Assembly: GCA_964652295.1 (NCBI GenBank)
Contig: CAZZCL010000001.1
Location: 14,759 to 78,758 of the forward strand
Length of the DNA: 64,000 bases
Source: an uncultured Chthoniobacterales bacterium
GTDB taxonomy: Bacteria; Verrucomicrobiota; Verrucomicrobiia; Chthoniobacterales; CALDSX01
Direction: 5' to 3'
Positions 18,405 through 27,077 of this stretch are shown here, in pieces. The notes beneath the pieces were generated by a model. It was not told the DNA's origin and did no database searches. It was given only the letters and a program-made list of their open reading frames with translations. The translations under genes and the position numbers were made by a program. Each line of letters begins with the position of its first letter. Position 1 is the stretch's first letter.

Positions 18405-19417
18405 TTATGAGCGCGCCGAAATCGTTATACCGCCTGTTGTCCGCGCTGGCCGCAGCTCTGGCCGTTGTCTGCGCTGCAACTGCACCGGCCCGGGAACCTA
18501 CACAGGCGGACTCCAATCAAACCGGCGATGTTGTGTTTCTGCGCAATGGCGGCGTTCAGAAGGGAGAGTTGCTGGAGGTGACCGGTGGGAAGCTGCGATT
18601 CCGGGTTATCTTACGGGCCGATCAACCGCCTGCGACAATCGCGATTCCGATTGAAGCCATAGAACGCATCGAGTTGTTGCCGGATCGTGAGTTGGAGCGC
18701 ATTCTCGGTGCGCCGGAGAGCGTAAACCGCGAGGAACTGGTTTCTCGTTGGGATGCCATACAAGAGTTGCTGGGCGTGGCCTCTTCGCCTGCAGGAGCAC
18801 TCGGGCTGGCCGCCGCCGATGCTTTGCTCGCGGCTGAAGACATCGCGTCACGGCAGCGCGCCGTGGAGATCTTCGAACGCATCGAGAACGAAGATTGGAA
18901 TGAACAACGCCGGGGACGCGCCCGCAGTGGTCGATTGCGTGCAAAGATCGCTCTTGGACAGGGTGAAGAGGCGGTTGAGGAAGCGCGTCGCCTTGCGCTG
19001 GAAGCGGACTCACCCGAGGTGGCGATCGAAGCGAATCTTTTACTGGGTAACGCCGCATTTGCGCAGTTGCGCAAACTTGAGGAGGAACATCCGCGCTGGA
19101 GTGAGGATGTTTTTGTCCGCCCGGAACGTGCGCGGCTGTTTCATGATGCGCTCGACCGGCTTTTGTACCCGGCTTTGTGCCATGGCTGGCGCGAACCTGA
19201 TGCCGCCCGCGGATTGTGGGCGGCTGCAGGGGTCTATAGATTCGATGGGCGGATCCAGGAAGCTTTGGAGCTTGCCCGCGATATCGTGGAGCTGTATCCC
19301 GGAAGTGCGCAGGCGGAACCGGCGCGGGTTTTCATTTCCGAGAACGCCGAAGATATCTCTTTCAACGCAGACTCACAGGAACTCATTCCCAACCGATCTC
19401 ATGACGATCCCGATTAA
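18401..19417 (+). CDS. Exported helical-repeat (TPR-like) protein
   Basis: ATGA overlap with the upstream TPR gene. Signal peptide LYRLLSALAAALAVVCAATAPA, a small N-terminal beta region, then helical repeats. Confidence 0.7.
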   Translation: MIMSAPKSLYRLLSALAAALAVVCAATAPAREPTQADSNQTGDVVFLRNGGVQKGELLEVTGGKLRFRVILRADQPPATIAIPIEAIERIELLPDRELERILGAPESVNREELVSRWDAIQELLGVASSPAGALGLAAADALLAAEDIASRQRAVEIFERIENEDWNEQRRGRARSGRLRAKIALGQGEEAVEEARRLALEADSPEVAIEANLLLGNAAFAQLRKLEEEHPRWSEDVFVRPERARLFHDALDRLLYPALCHGWREPDAARGLWAAAGVYRFDGRIQEALELARDIVELYPGSAQAEPARVFISENAEDISFNADSQELIPNRSHDDPD

Positions 19418-20237
19418 CCTCTCAAATCCGATGCAACGGGTGCTTGCGCTGGCTGGCGCATGCTTCCTTGCAGTGTGCTGTCTTGTCGCACCCGTTCGCG
19501 CTCAGAATAAGCCCGCTGGAGAAACGGCGCAGACCATGGAGGGCTCCTCGGCAGCTTCTACAAAGACTCTCCTCGATCTCTATCGGACTGGCGGACTAAT
19601 GATGCATCCCATCCTGCTGTGTTCCATCGGAACCATCGCCGTGTGCGTGTATTGTTGGGTGCAGATTAATCCCAGGAAGATGCGGCCCAAGGCGCAGGTC
19701 GACACCCTCACGCATTTCTTAAGACAAAAGGACGCGGGTTCGGCTTATGAATTCTGCACGGCCAATCCAAACGCATTCACCAACACCACGGCGTCCGCAT
19801 TGCTGAAGGTGAATTTCGAGAAGGAAAGCGCGAATAAACCGGGTATGGAACAGGCTGCCGGAGAGACATTGCAAACAGAGGAAACGCGCCTGATGATCTG
19901 GGTGAATTATTTGAATGTTTTTGCAACGATTGCCCCAATGCTCGGGCTTCTCGGCACTGTGACGGGCATGATTCAAAGCTTCGATCAGCTTGCAGCCGGG
20001 CGATCCGAACCGCAGGATCTCGCGGGAGGCATCGGGCAGGCCATGCTTACGACAGCTGCGGGCCTCATCGTCGGCATCCCGGCAATGTTTTTTTACTTCT
20101 TTTTCCGCAACAAGCTCATGGTGGCCATAAACAATATTCAGAACTCCGTGACATTTCTCATCGACGTTCTGAGTGGCGAACTCAAACTGGAAGGCGCGTC
20201 CGCGCCCGCTGTGGAAGCGGCCACCGAACCCGCCTGA
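19401..20237 (+). CDS. exbB: MotA/TolQ/ExbB-family proton channel with N-terminal signal-like extension
   Basis: In-frame ATG 19401 of ORF 18753..20237 overlaps the previous gene's end. Reads LLDLYRTGGLMMHPILLCSIGTIAV, with NVFATIAPMLGLLGTVTGMIQSF and GIGQAMLTTAAGLIVGIPAMFFY, the family signature. Confidence 0.88.
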   Translation: MTIPINLSNPMQRVLALAGACFLAVCCLVAPVRAQNKPAGETAQTMEGSSAASTKTLLDLYRTGGLMMHPILLCSIGTIAVCVYCWVQINPRKMRPKAQVDTLTHFLRQKDAGSAYEFCTANPNAFTNTTASALLKVNFEKESANKPGMEQAAGETLQTEETRLMIWVNYLNVFATIAPMLGLLGTVTGMIQSFDQLAAGRSEPQDLAGGIGQAMLTTAAGLIVGIPAMFFYFFFRNKLMVAINNIQNSVTFLIDVLSGELKLEGASAPAVEAATEPA

Positions 20238-20256
20238 TTGCAGCCTTTCTCCGATC

Positions 20257-20664
20257 GTGCGCACCCGTCGCCGGTTCCACGAGGAAGTGAGCTTTCAGCT
20301 CGCTCCGATGATCGATATGACCTTTTTGCTGCTGGTCTTTTTCATGGTCACAACGCAGATCAGCAAGGAACAAATCAAGCTCGACGTGAAGCTGCCGGTC
20401 GCAAGCAACGCGGTCACTCCCGACGATCTGGGTGAACGCGATATCATCAACATCGACGAAGAGGGTCGGTACCATTTGCGGGACCGCACGGTGACTTCCG
20501 AAGAACTGGAGGAGTATTTGCGCATGCGTTTTGTCGATTTTCCACCGCTGCGCTTGTACATCCGCGCCGACCATCGAACGCCAGGAAGAACGATCAAGGA
20601 AGTCATGCGCATGGCGGCTGACGCCGGGGCGATCGACGTGATTTTCGGCAGTTACCAGCGCTAG
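20257..20664 (+). CDS. exbD: ExbD/TolR-family biopolymer transport protein
   Basis: ORF 20173..20664. GTG 20257, 20 nt after the exbB stop, gives (M)RTRRRFHEEVSFQLAPMIDMTFLLLVFFMV, the typical ExbD N-terminus. Start is uncertain. Confidence 0.85.
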   Translation: MRTRRRFHEEVSFQLAPMIDMTFLLLVFFMVTTQISKEQIKLDVKLPVASNAVTPDDLGERDIINIDEEGRYHLRDRTVTSEELEEYLRMRFVDFPPLRLYIRADHRTPGRTIKEVMRMAADAGAIDVIFGSYQR

Positions 20665-20961
20665 CCCGAATTCCGCAGTCTGGAGGACTCTCAGTATGAG
20701 TGGGTTACGCGAAGAAGTCTACAAAGACACAGATTTCATAATGAAAAATGCAGTTTGACTCAGTGGGTGCCGTTTGCGCTGGTGTGCCGAAACAGGAATA
20801 CTGTGTGCGAACTCACGTAGGCGGCCCGGCAGGCATGGCTGGGGCAACCTTACCACGCTATCGGGGGGAGTCTCCTGCGTGGCGTCGGATTTGTTGCGAT
20901 ACGTTAGCAGCCGATCTCACCCCGAGACGTATGGTGATCCCGGCCCGACCCGCATGCCGGG

Positions 20962-20997
20962 AAAAACAAACCGGCGGCTGCAAGCAGCCACCGGTTT
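20962..20997 (-). terminator. Intrinsic terminator on the minus strand with no minus-strand CDS upstream of it
   Basis: Minus strand reads AACCGGTGGCTG-CTTG-CAGCCGCCGGTT followed by TGTTTTTC. The stem is 12 bp with one mismatch and a 4-nt loop, then a U-tract. On the plus strand the same hairpin is followed by only TTT. Confidence 0.6.
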
Positions 20998-21322
20998 GAC
21001 CCCCAAAAAGCCGACGGCAAACAATCGCAAGCGATCAACGATTGTCGATGCCTCTCGGAACCCGCTACTGCGAGGTGTGCACAATTAAGGCAACCTTGTT
21101 CGCTAATACGAAATAAAATGTTGTTCTGGGGGAAATGCAAATGATTTGTGTTTGTTTGCAATAACGTTTTAACCACCTTCAAAGGCCGTTCAGACACCGT
21201 GGCTCTAGCTGGTTGCACAGTATCCAATGCGGTTTTTCTTTGCGCCGCGTTCCTTTTGGGTTCACGATCATATTCGACTTTGGGATGCCTAATAGGCTCT
21301 ATTACCCCCTTGTGTCGTCGTT

Positions 21323-22504
21323 ATGTTATCCCCGGCACCTCTTCGCGTCGCGTTAATTGGCGGTGGTTCAGGCTCATTTTTCGCAGCGCCACATCAACGC
21401 GCCGTCCATTTTGACGGCACCCGCAGAGTCGTTGCCGCGGCGCTGCGTTCCAATCCGGCAGCTGCCCTTGCCGATGCGGCCGGGTGGCCGTATCCGATCC
21501 GCGGCTATGCCAGCTACGACGAACTCATCGACGGGCAGGCGTCGTGTCCGCCTGAGGAACGCATCGATTATGCGATCGTGGTTACTCCAAACCATGCCCA
21601 TTTCGATCCCGCTTTGAAAGCTGTCAGCGCGGGGATTCCGGTTTTCTGCGAAAAACCCCTCACTCTCACCTCCCAGGAAGCGGAACGGCTGGTCGTGGCG
21701 GTGGAGAGTGCGGGCGTGCCGTTTGGGGTTGCGCATACCTATCTCGGACATTGGACTGCGCGGTTCGCACGCCATATTGTTCGTTCGGGGTTGCTTGGCG
21801 AGGTGCGTTGGGTGGACAGCTATTACATTCAGGGCTGGCTTGCCGGCAAAGTTGAAGAGTCCGGGATGCAGCAGGCCGCGTGGCGAACGGATCCTGCGAG
21901 AACCGGCATGTCCAACTGTGGCGGTGATATCGGCACACATGCGCTCATGATGCTGCGGTACGTAACCGGTCTTGAGATCGAAAGCCTGTCCGCGCAACTT
22001 GAGACCCTCGTGCCGGGGCGTGTGTTGGACGATCATTTCACCGTGTACACGCGGTTGCATGGCGGCGCGCGCGCTCTGATTCGGGCGTCTCAGATTTGTA
22101 TCGGCGCGCGGAATAATCATGGGCTCGTGGTTGCCGGAGCACGGGGGTTGCTGCGCTGGGAGCAGGAAGAACCCGAGCGGCTCACGGTTTGTCTGCCCGA
22201 CCGGCCGGAGAGAGTCTACTGGCGTGGTGCAGTCACGCCGCACGACGGCTTCCTCGGCGACGTCCCGCCGGAGTTGCTTTCGGAACCCACGCTGCCGCCC
22301 GGTCACAACGAAGGGTTTCACGATGCCCTTGCACGATTGCACCGATGTTTTGAGGAGGACGTGCGCTCGTGGAAGCACGGCGCGCACAGCTCGGCGGATG
22401 CGAGCAGATATGCTACGATTCATGACGGGCTCGTCGGGATGCGCTTTATTGAAGCGGCAGTTGAATCTTCCAAGGATAATGGCGCATGGAAATCTTTGCT
22501 ATAA
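21323..22504 (+). CDS. Gfo/Idh/MocA-family NAD(P)-dependent oxidoreductase
   Basis: N-terminal Rossmann LRVALIGGGSGSFF, D..IVVTPNHAHFDPALKAVSAGIPVFCEKPLT (the EKP motif), 393 aa. Confidence 0.85.
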   Translation: MLSPAPLRVALIGGGSGSFFAAPHQRAVHFDGTRRVVAAALRSNPAAALADAAGWPYPIRGYASYDELIDGQASCPPEERIDYAIVVTPNHAHFDPALKAVSAGIPVFCEKPLTLTSQEAERLVVAVESAGVPFGVAHTYLGHWTARFARHIVRSGLLGEVRWVDSYYIQGWLAGKVEESGMQQAAWRTDPARTGMSNCGGDIGTHALMMLRYVTGLEIESLSAQLETLVPGRVLDDHFTVYTRLHGGARALIRASQICIGARNNHGLVVAGARGLLRWEQEEPERLTVCLPDRPERVYWRGAVTPHDGFLGDVPPELLSEPTLPPGHNEGFHDALARLHRCFEEDVRSWKHGAHSSADASRYATIHDGLVGMRFIEAAVESSKDNGAWKSLL

Positions 22505-22548
22505 GTACCACCCCCTGAATCCCCTGGGATTTCCCATTTGTCGGTCAT

Positions 22549-23359
22549 GTGAAGGCCGTTGTTGGGGTACAGCGCCGACGTCAGTTTGTTTTGTCGCTCG
22601 CATCGCTGGCGCCTGGCATCGCGGCGGCGAATCCGGGCGCTCTACTCGCCCACATTCACGTCTCCGCGATTGACCATATCCTGGTGCCGGGGGTCGTCGC
22701 CGGCGAGCCGGACGGACCAAATCTGCGCACTGCCAAGTTAAAGGGTTTTTCGGCAGCGGCCAGTGGCAGCAATCGATGGCTTATCGTGGCTCTGGCAGCA
22801 GATGGCGTAAACGCTCCCGAGGGTGTTGTGGCAGCATCCGCGCGGTTCAATACTCAGCTAATGGAAACCGCAGCCGAGATATTGGAGTTATCGCACCCCC
22901 GTTCAAATGCGTATGCCACGATCTTCGCCCTGAAAGACCCCGCATCCAGCGGCGATCTGGAGATTACATTGGATGAGGGCGAACCGTTCCGGGGATTGGT
23001 TGAGCGTGCAGGCCTGTGTCGTGAGCGGGGTTGCCTCGTTGGAATCTGCCGAACCGCCTGGCGGGATGTCGCCTGACCGTCAGCCGTTTACTCTAGAGAT
23101 TGAGGCTGCAGCGCCAAGGCCGGGCACGCTCTTCGTGGGCTCCGCGTGTATTCGCGCGTCGGTTGATGCATTTTCCGATCCGGCATCTCCGCAGGAGCGA
23201 TTGACGGTGTTGATCGAGACAACGCAGCCGGGACATCTGGTCGATATCCTTCTGGCATCTTCCGTTGGAGAAATGCGCATCGTCTGGAGCAAATGGAACG
23301 AAGTTCATACCCCGGCGCCATACGCTATCGCCGCGGTGGTGTTGGTTCCGGCACCGTAA
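22549..23359 (+). pseudogene. Tat-signal hypothetical protein, apparently frameshifted (or sequencing error)
   Basis: ORF 22549..23076 starts MKAVVGVQRRRQFVLSLASLAPGIAAANP, which is twin-arginine-like. Its last ~27 aa are Cys/Arg-rich junk, while ORF 22973..23359 in the next frame continues protein-like (DWLSVQACVVSGVASLES...). The frames meet at a GGGG run at 22991-22994. Confidence 0.45.
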
Positions 23360-23411
23360 AGACGGGCGCGCCGCGCCGCGACCTCTACTGAGGGCGCGGC
23401 ATTATAAGTCT

Positions 23412-23888
23412 TCAGCCGGAAGCGGTGGCCGCGCGCTGCCTGTCAAGCCAGACTTTGCAGGCGGATTTCATCCGGGAAAGAATGTAATAAGTTGTTTGGC
23501 TACGTGCGCGCACGAGATCGGCCCCGACGATGCGCGGGACAAAATCGGCGGGAATATCCAGGATGCTCCGAGGGGTTTCGCCATCCAGACCGCGGCAAAG
23601 AATTGCAGTCATGGCGCGGGTTAACGTTTGGACCTGCGGCCCGAGTGTGATGCGAAAATGTGCGCCGCCGTGCTCGTCGACGGTCAGAAAGATTCCGACT
23701 GTGTCAGTGCATTCTTCGTCTTTGCGGACGTCTTCAAGGTCAAATGCCTCCCCATCGCGCGGCGCATGACGGGGAGCGTTGTCGGCATACGCGATCAGGT
23801 TCTCGCGTTTTTCCATATCCAGCAGGCCTTCGAACAGGCCGACGATTTCGCGGAGTTTCGGTGGGTAATCCGAGGTGTTTTCCGACAT
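23412..23888 (-). CDS. SufE-like (Fe-S metabolism associated domain) sulfur-acceptor protein
   Basis: ATG 23888 inside ORF 23412..24248 (158 aa). Reads LREIVGLFEGLLDMEKRENLIAYA, has a Cys in DEECTDTVGIFL, and ends with C-terminal ..R....Y.ILSRMK. This pattern is typical of SufE/CsdE. Confidence 0.7.
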   Translation of the reverse strand: MSENTSDYPPKLREIVGLFEGLLDMEKRENLIAYADNAPRHAPRDGEAFDLEDVRKDEECTDTVGIFLTVDEHGGAHFRITLGPQVQTLTRAMTAILCRGLDGETPRSILDIPADFVPRIVGADLVRARSQTTYYILSRMKSACKVWLDRQRAATASG

Positions 23889-23901
23889 GGGATGCGGGCA
23901 A

Positions 23902-24753
23902 TCAACGCTCAATGGGGGCGCGCACACGGTTGCCCCATTCCGTCCAGGATCCATCATAGTTGCGCACTTTGTCGTGGCCGAGCAAGTATTTAAGCACGAA
24001 CCATGTGTGACTTGAGCGCTCTCCGATGCGGCAATAGACGATGACGTCATCGCCGGGGCGGACGCCGTTTTCTTCGGTGTAAATGCGGCGTAATTCTTCG
24101 GCGCTTTTGAAGGTGGAATCTGCGTTGACGGCCGTCTTCCACGGCACGCTCCTTGCCCCGGGCACATGCCCCCCCCGCAGCACGCCTTCCTGTGGATATT
24201 CCGGCATGTGTGTGATCTCTCCGCTGAACTCGCCGGGAGAGCGCACATCGATCAACGGGCCTCCCGAATTGCTGTGAGCCAGCGTCTCGTCAAAAAACGC
24301 GCGGATTTCGGTGTCCCGCCGCGATGGTGGCACGGGATAATCGGTGTGTGGGAAGGACGGAATATCGCGCACAAGCGGGCGGCCTTCGGCGATCCATTTG
24401 TCGCGTCCGCCATTGAGGATACGGACGTGTTCATGCCCGAAGAGTTGAAATGCCCACAGCGCATAGCAGGCCCACCAGTTGCTTTTGTCTCCGTAAAACA
24501 CACAGACAGTGTCCCGACCGATGCCGTGGGCGGAGCACAACTGGGCGAAGGCTTCGGGCGCAATATAATCGCGCACGGTGTTGTCTTGCAGATCACTTCG
24601 CCAGTCGATGTGCACGGCTCCGGGGATATGACCGGTATCGTAAAGCAGCACGTCCTCGTTGCTTTCGATCACGCGGATTCCGGGATCGTTGAGGTGGTCG
24701 GACAACCATGTCGTGGAGACAAGGGCATCGGGATTGGAGTAGGCATCGCTCAT
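23902..24753 (-). CDS. Thiosulfate/3-mercaptopyruvate sulfurtransferase (tandem rhodanese)
   Basis: [30 protein letters not shown]...[11 protein letters not shown], and an active-site loop [16 protein letters not shown] in the second rhodanese domain. Confidence 0.88.
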   Translation of the reverse strand: MSDAYSNPDALVSTTWLSDHLNDPGIRVIESNEDVLLYDTGHIPGAVHIDWRSDLQDNTVRDYIAPEAFAQLCSAHGIGRDTVCVFYGDKSNWWACYALWAFQLFGHEHVRILNGGRDKWIAEGRPLVRDIPSFPHTDYPVPPSRRDTEIRAFFDETLAHSNSGGPLIDVRSPGEFSGEITHMPEYPQEGVLRGGHVPGARSVPWKTAVNADSTFKSAEELRRIYTEENGVRPGDDVIVYCRIGERSSHTWFVLKYLLGHDKVRNYDGSWTEWGNRVRAPIER

Positions 24754-24916
24754 GACACTCGTTCGCACGGGGTGGCGGGAGGTTCAAGCTGCAGAGTGTC
24801 ATAGTGTGCGCTCACTCGGCTGCGGGGAGCGAGTCATCATGCACTCACCATCCAAAGCGTCCTCGACCGAGAACTTGCTCTTGGCAAGTGGCGGGAATGC
24901 GTCGATAAACGGGGCG

Positions 24917-25327
24917 ATGGACAGCAGCCCGTTGCACAAGTTTTATCAACCCACACTTTATTTGGCTCAAACCGAGGCTCCCGCCCCGATGCCCGCCGCA
25001 CCCGGAGTTCCCGCTCAGCCGGGAGCCCCCGGCCAGCCGGCGCCTCCCCAGCCGGGGCTTGCGGACATGCTCATGCCTTTGCTGTTTATGTTCGCAATTT
25101 TCTATTTCCTGCTCATCCGACCGCAGCAGAAGAAGCAGAAAGAGCATCAAAAGCTGATTGGCTCGGTGAAATCCGGTGACCGCATCGTCACCAACGCCGG
25201 CATCCACGGCCTTGTTACCAATGTGAAAGACGCCACGGTGCTCGTGAAAGTGGCAGACAACGTGAAGATTGAGTTCGATAAAGGAGCCATTGCCTCGGTG
25301 ACCAAGGGAACCGAAGAGGCGGCTTGA
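24917..25327 (+). CDS. yajC: Preprotein translocase subunit YajC (Pro/Ala-rich N-terminal extension)
   Basis: LMPLLFMFAIFYFLLIRPQQKKQKEHQKLIGSVKSGDRIVTNAGIHGLVTNVKD..V.VKVADNVKIEFDK.AI. Start is uncertain (24917 or 24839). Confidence 0.88.
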   Translation: MDSSPLHKFYQPTLYLAQTEAPAPMPAAPGVPAQPGAPGQPAPPQPGLADMLMPLLFMFAIFYFLLIRPQQKKQKEHQKLIGSVKSGDRIVTNAGIHGLVTNVKDATVLVKVADNVKIEFDKGAIASVTKGTEEAA

Positions 25328-25410
25328 GGAAAGGGTGGCGCCCTCCGATTGGTTGGGGTTAGGCTCGCCGTGCCGTTAGCTTTCGTACAGCGTACGCCCG
25401 CAGCTTTGCA

Positions 25411-25806
25411 ATGACCACGTTGATTCTTGTGATGGTCGGTGGCGCTGTGGGCAGCGGTTTGCGTTATGGAATTTCTGCGGGGCTCGAACGAATGTTGGGC
25501 GCGGTGTTTCCCTGGGGCACCATGATGGTCAATGTGACAGGATCTTTTGCCATTGCTGCGGTCATGACGTTGCTCGGGCCATCTGGCCCCGTATTGGCTC
25601 CGGAACTGCGCGCGTTTTTGACAATGGGTGTGCTGGGTGGCTTCACAACGTTTTCCTCCTTCAGTTGGCAAACGATGGCATTGTTTGAAGATCGCCAGTT
25701 TGCGGCTGCGTGGTTTAACATTGCCGGAAGCGTAACGTTGTGTCTGCTTGCGGCGCTTGCTGGCGTATGGACCGCGCGCTGGCTGGAAGGAGGTGCATGG
25801 CGCTGA
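25411..25806 (+). CDS. crcB: Fluoride ion channel CrcB/FluC
   Basis: 131 aa with four TM segments: GGAVGSGLRYGIS...FPWGTMMVNVTGSF, and GVLGGFTTFSSFS. Confidence 0.92.
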   Translation: MTTLILVMVGGAVGSGLRYGISAGLERMLGAVFPWGTMMVNVTGSFAIAAVMTLLGPSGPVLAPELRAFLTMGVLGGFTTFSSFSWQTMALFEDRQFAAAWFNIAGSVTLCLLAALAGVWTARWLEGGAWR

Positions 25807-26159
25807 GGCAGGAACAGGAGCATGGCGGGGAGGAGGGGTGCTGCCTCCGCGTGTATATGGGGGAAACGGACCACGCCGGGCAGCGTCCTGCCTATGAACA
25901 ACTGGTGCGTCTTGCTCACGACAGGGGACTGGCTGGGGCCACCGTATTTCGCAGTCCCATGGGCTACGGAACGCACTCCCAGGTGCATACCGCGAAAGTA
26001 TTAAATCTTTCTGCGGATTTGCCTGTCGTGGTGGAGATTGTCGATGTGCGCCGCAAGATCGAGGACTTTCTACCGGTATTCCGCAGCCATTTGCCACTCC
26101 AGTTTGCAGTGATTTTACCGGTGGCAATCGTCCCGCGCGCGGGGGAAGCTGCGCCCTGA
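25797..26159 (+). CDS. DUF190 (PII-like) protein, typical crcB partner
   Basis: ATG 25797 overlaps the crcB end. Reads LRVYMGETDHAGQRPAYEQLVRLAHDRGLAGATVFRSPMGYG......H......LSADLPVVVEIVD...KIEDFL. Confidence 0.85.
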   Translation: MALRQEQEHGGEEGCCLRVYMGETDHAGQRPAYEQLVRLAHDRGLAGATVFRSPMGYGTHSQVHTAKVLNLSADLPVVVEIVDVRRKIEDFLPVFRSHLPLQFAVILPVAIVPRAGEAAP

Positions 26160-26288
26160 GCCCACGGCATAATTGGCACGGTCGGCATGCTTGCTGCCAG
26201 GCGGCCTTCATGTCACCGTTGTTTTATGAACAGATTTATAGGATGGCCGATTCAAAGTGGACAATGGTGCCCTTTCCGATGTGGTTGG

Positions 26289-27077
26289 ATGGGCGGGTGG
26301 CAGCGCCTATCTGCGGCCATACTCGCAACCGTGCTGACATTTGGTTTCGCCGCGGACGCCATGGCTCAGGTGCGTGCCGTACTGCCGGGGGGCGGGGAAA
26401 CAGATCAGCGCACCCGCAATCTTGCGGAGCGCGTGACCGACCTTATGCGCGACCGCGAGTACGATCTCGCGTCGAAGCTGATCGAAGAGGCGCTTGAGAT
26501 GGATCCGCAGAATTCTCAGGCCCGCAACCTGCTCGGCGCTGTGCGCACGTATCAGAAGCGGTACGACGAAGCAGCCTCCATTTACAATAATCTCCTTGAG
26601 GAAACGCCGGAAAGCATGAGCCTCGAGTGGAATCTTGCCGAAGTCGATTTTCTTCAGAAGCGCTACAAGGAAGCGCGGGAGCGGCTGGAGAAGCTGAGGG
26701 AGCGGGCGCCCCAGGATGAAATGCTGACTTACAAGATCGCATTGACCCATCTGTTCGCAGGGCAGGAAAAAGAAGCGCGGGAAGAGATCGAAAAAATTCC
26801 GTTTCCCAGTAACACGGCTGGATATTATTACGGCAGGGCTGCTCTGGATCTTGTGTCCGGGCGCCGTGAAGAAGGGCTGGAATGGGTGGCCGAGTCAGCG
26901 AGGATTTTTCCCGCCAATCACAACACCATTTTTGGCGATCCCCTCGTGGAAAAGAACCTCCTGACAGCCGAAGATATCATTAGGCCGGCAGCGCTGGCAG
27001 CGCCCATGCCAACGCCGGAAGAGGGGATTGAACCTAGTGAAGGCCTTGGGCTTACGCCATCGGCGCTCGGAGAGTAG
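26289..27077 (+). CDS. Exported TPR-repeat protein
   Basis: ORF 26187..27077. ATG 26289 gives the signal MGGWQRLSAAILATVLTFGFAADAMA, followed by TPR units (e.g. ASKLIEEALEMDPQNSQARNLLGAV). Confidence 0.75.
   Translation: MGGWQRLSAAILATVLTFGFAADAMAQVRAVLPGGGETDQRTRNLAERVTDLMRDREYDLASKLIEEALEMDPQNSQARNLLGAVRTYQKRYDEAASIYNNLLEETPESMSLEWNLAEVDFLQKRYKEARERLEKLRERAPQDEMLTYKIALTHLFAGQEKEAREEIEKIPFPSNTAGYYYGRAALDLVSGRREEGLEWVAESARIFPANHNTIFGDPLVEKNLLTAEDIIRPAALAAPMPTPEEGIEPSEGLGLTPSALGE

Noticed and set aside
20665-21322. tmRNA, RNase P RNA, SRP RNA, 6S RNA or a known riboswitch in the large intergenic gap
   Set aside because: I found no tRNA-like CCA end or tag ORF (tmRNA). There is no GAGGAAAGTCCGGGC-type P4 (RNase P). 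There is no GGAAGCAGCC-centred SRP domain IV; only a loose GCAAGCAGCCA lies inside the terminator stem. TPP, SAM, cobalamin and GEMM core motifs are also absent. The region is kept only as an unclassified sRNA or structure candidate.
23370-23400. GC hairpin (GCCGCGCC-N15-GGCGCGGC) between the convergent hypothetical gene and the sufE-like gene as a terminator
   Set aside because: The 8-bp stem is real. However, the loop is long and there is no U-tract on either strand, so this is not enough to call an intrinsic terminator.
25328-25410. Possible fluoride riboswitch upstream of crcB
   Set aside because: The 83-nt spacer lacks the crcB-motif hallmarks as I recall them (GGCGATGG...CCGCC...CTGATGATGCCTAC-like segments). 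I see only unrelated GC-rich sequence, and crcB may be read through from yajC. An Infernal scan with RF01734 would settle it.
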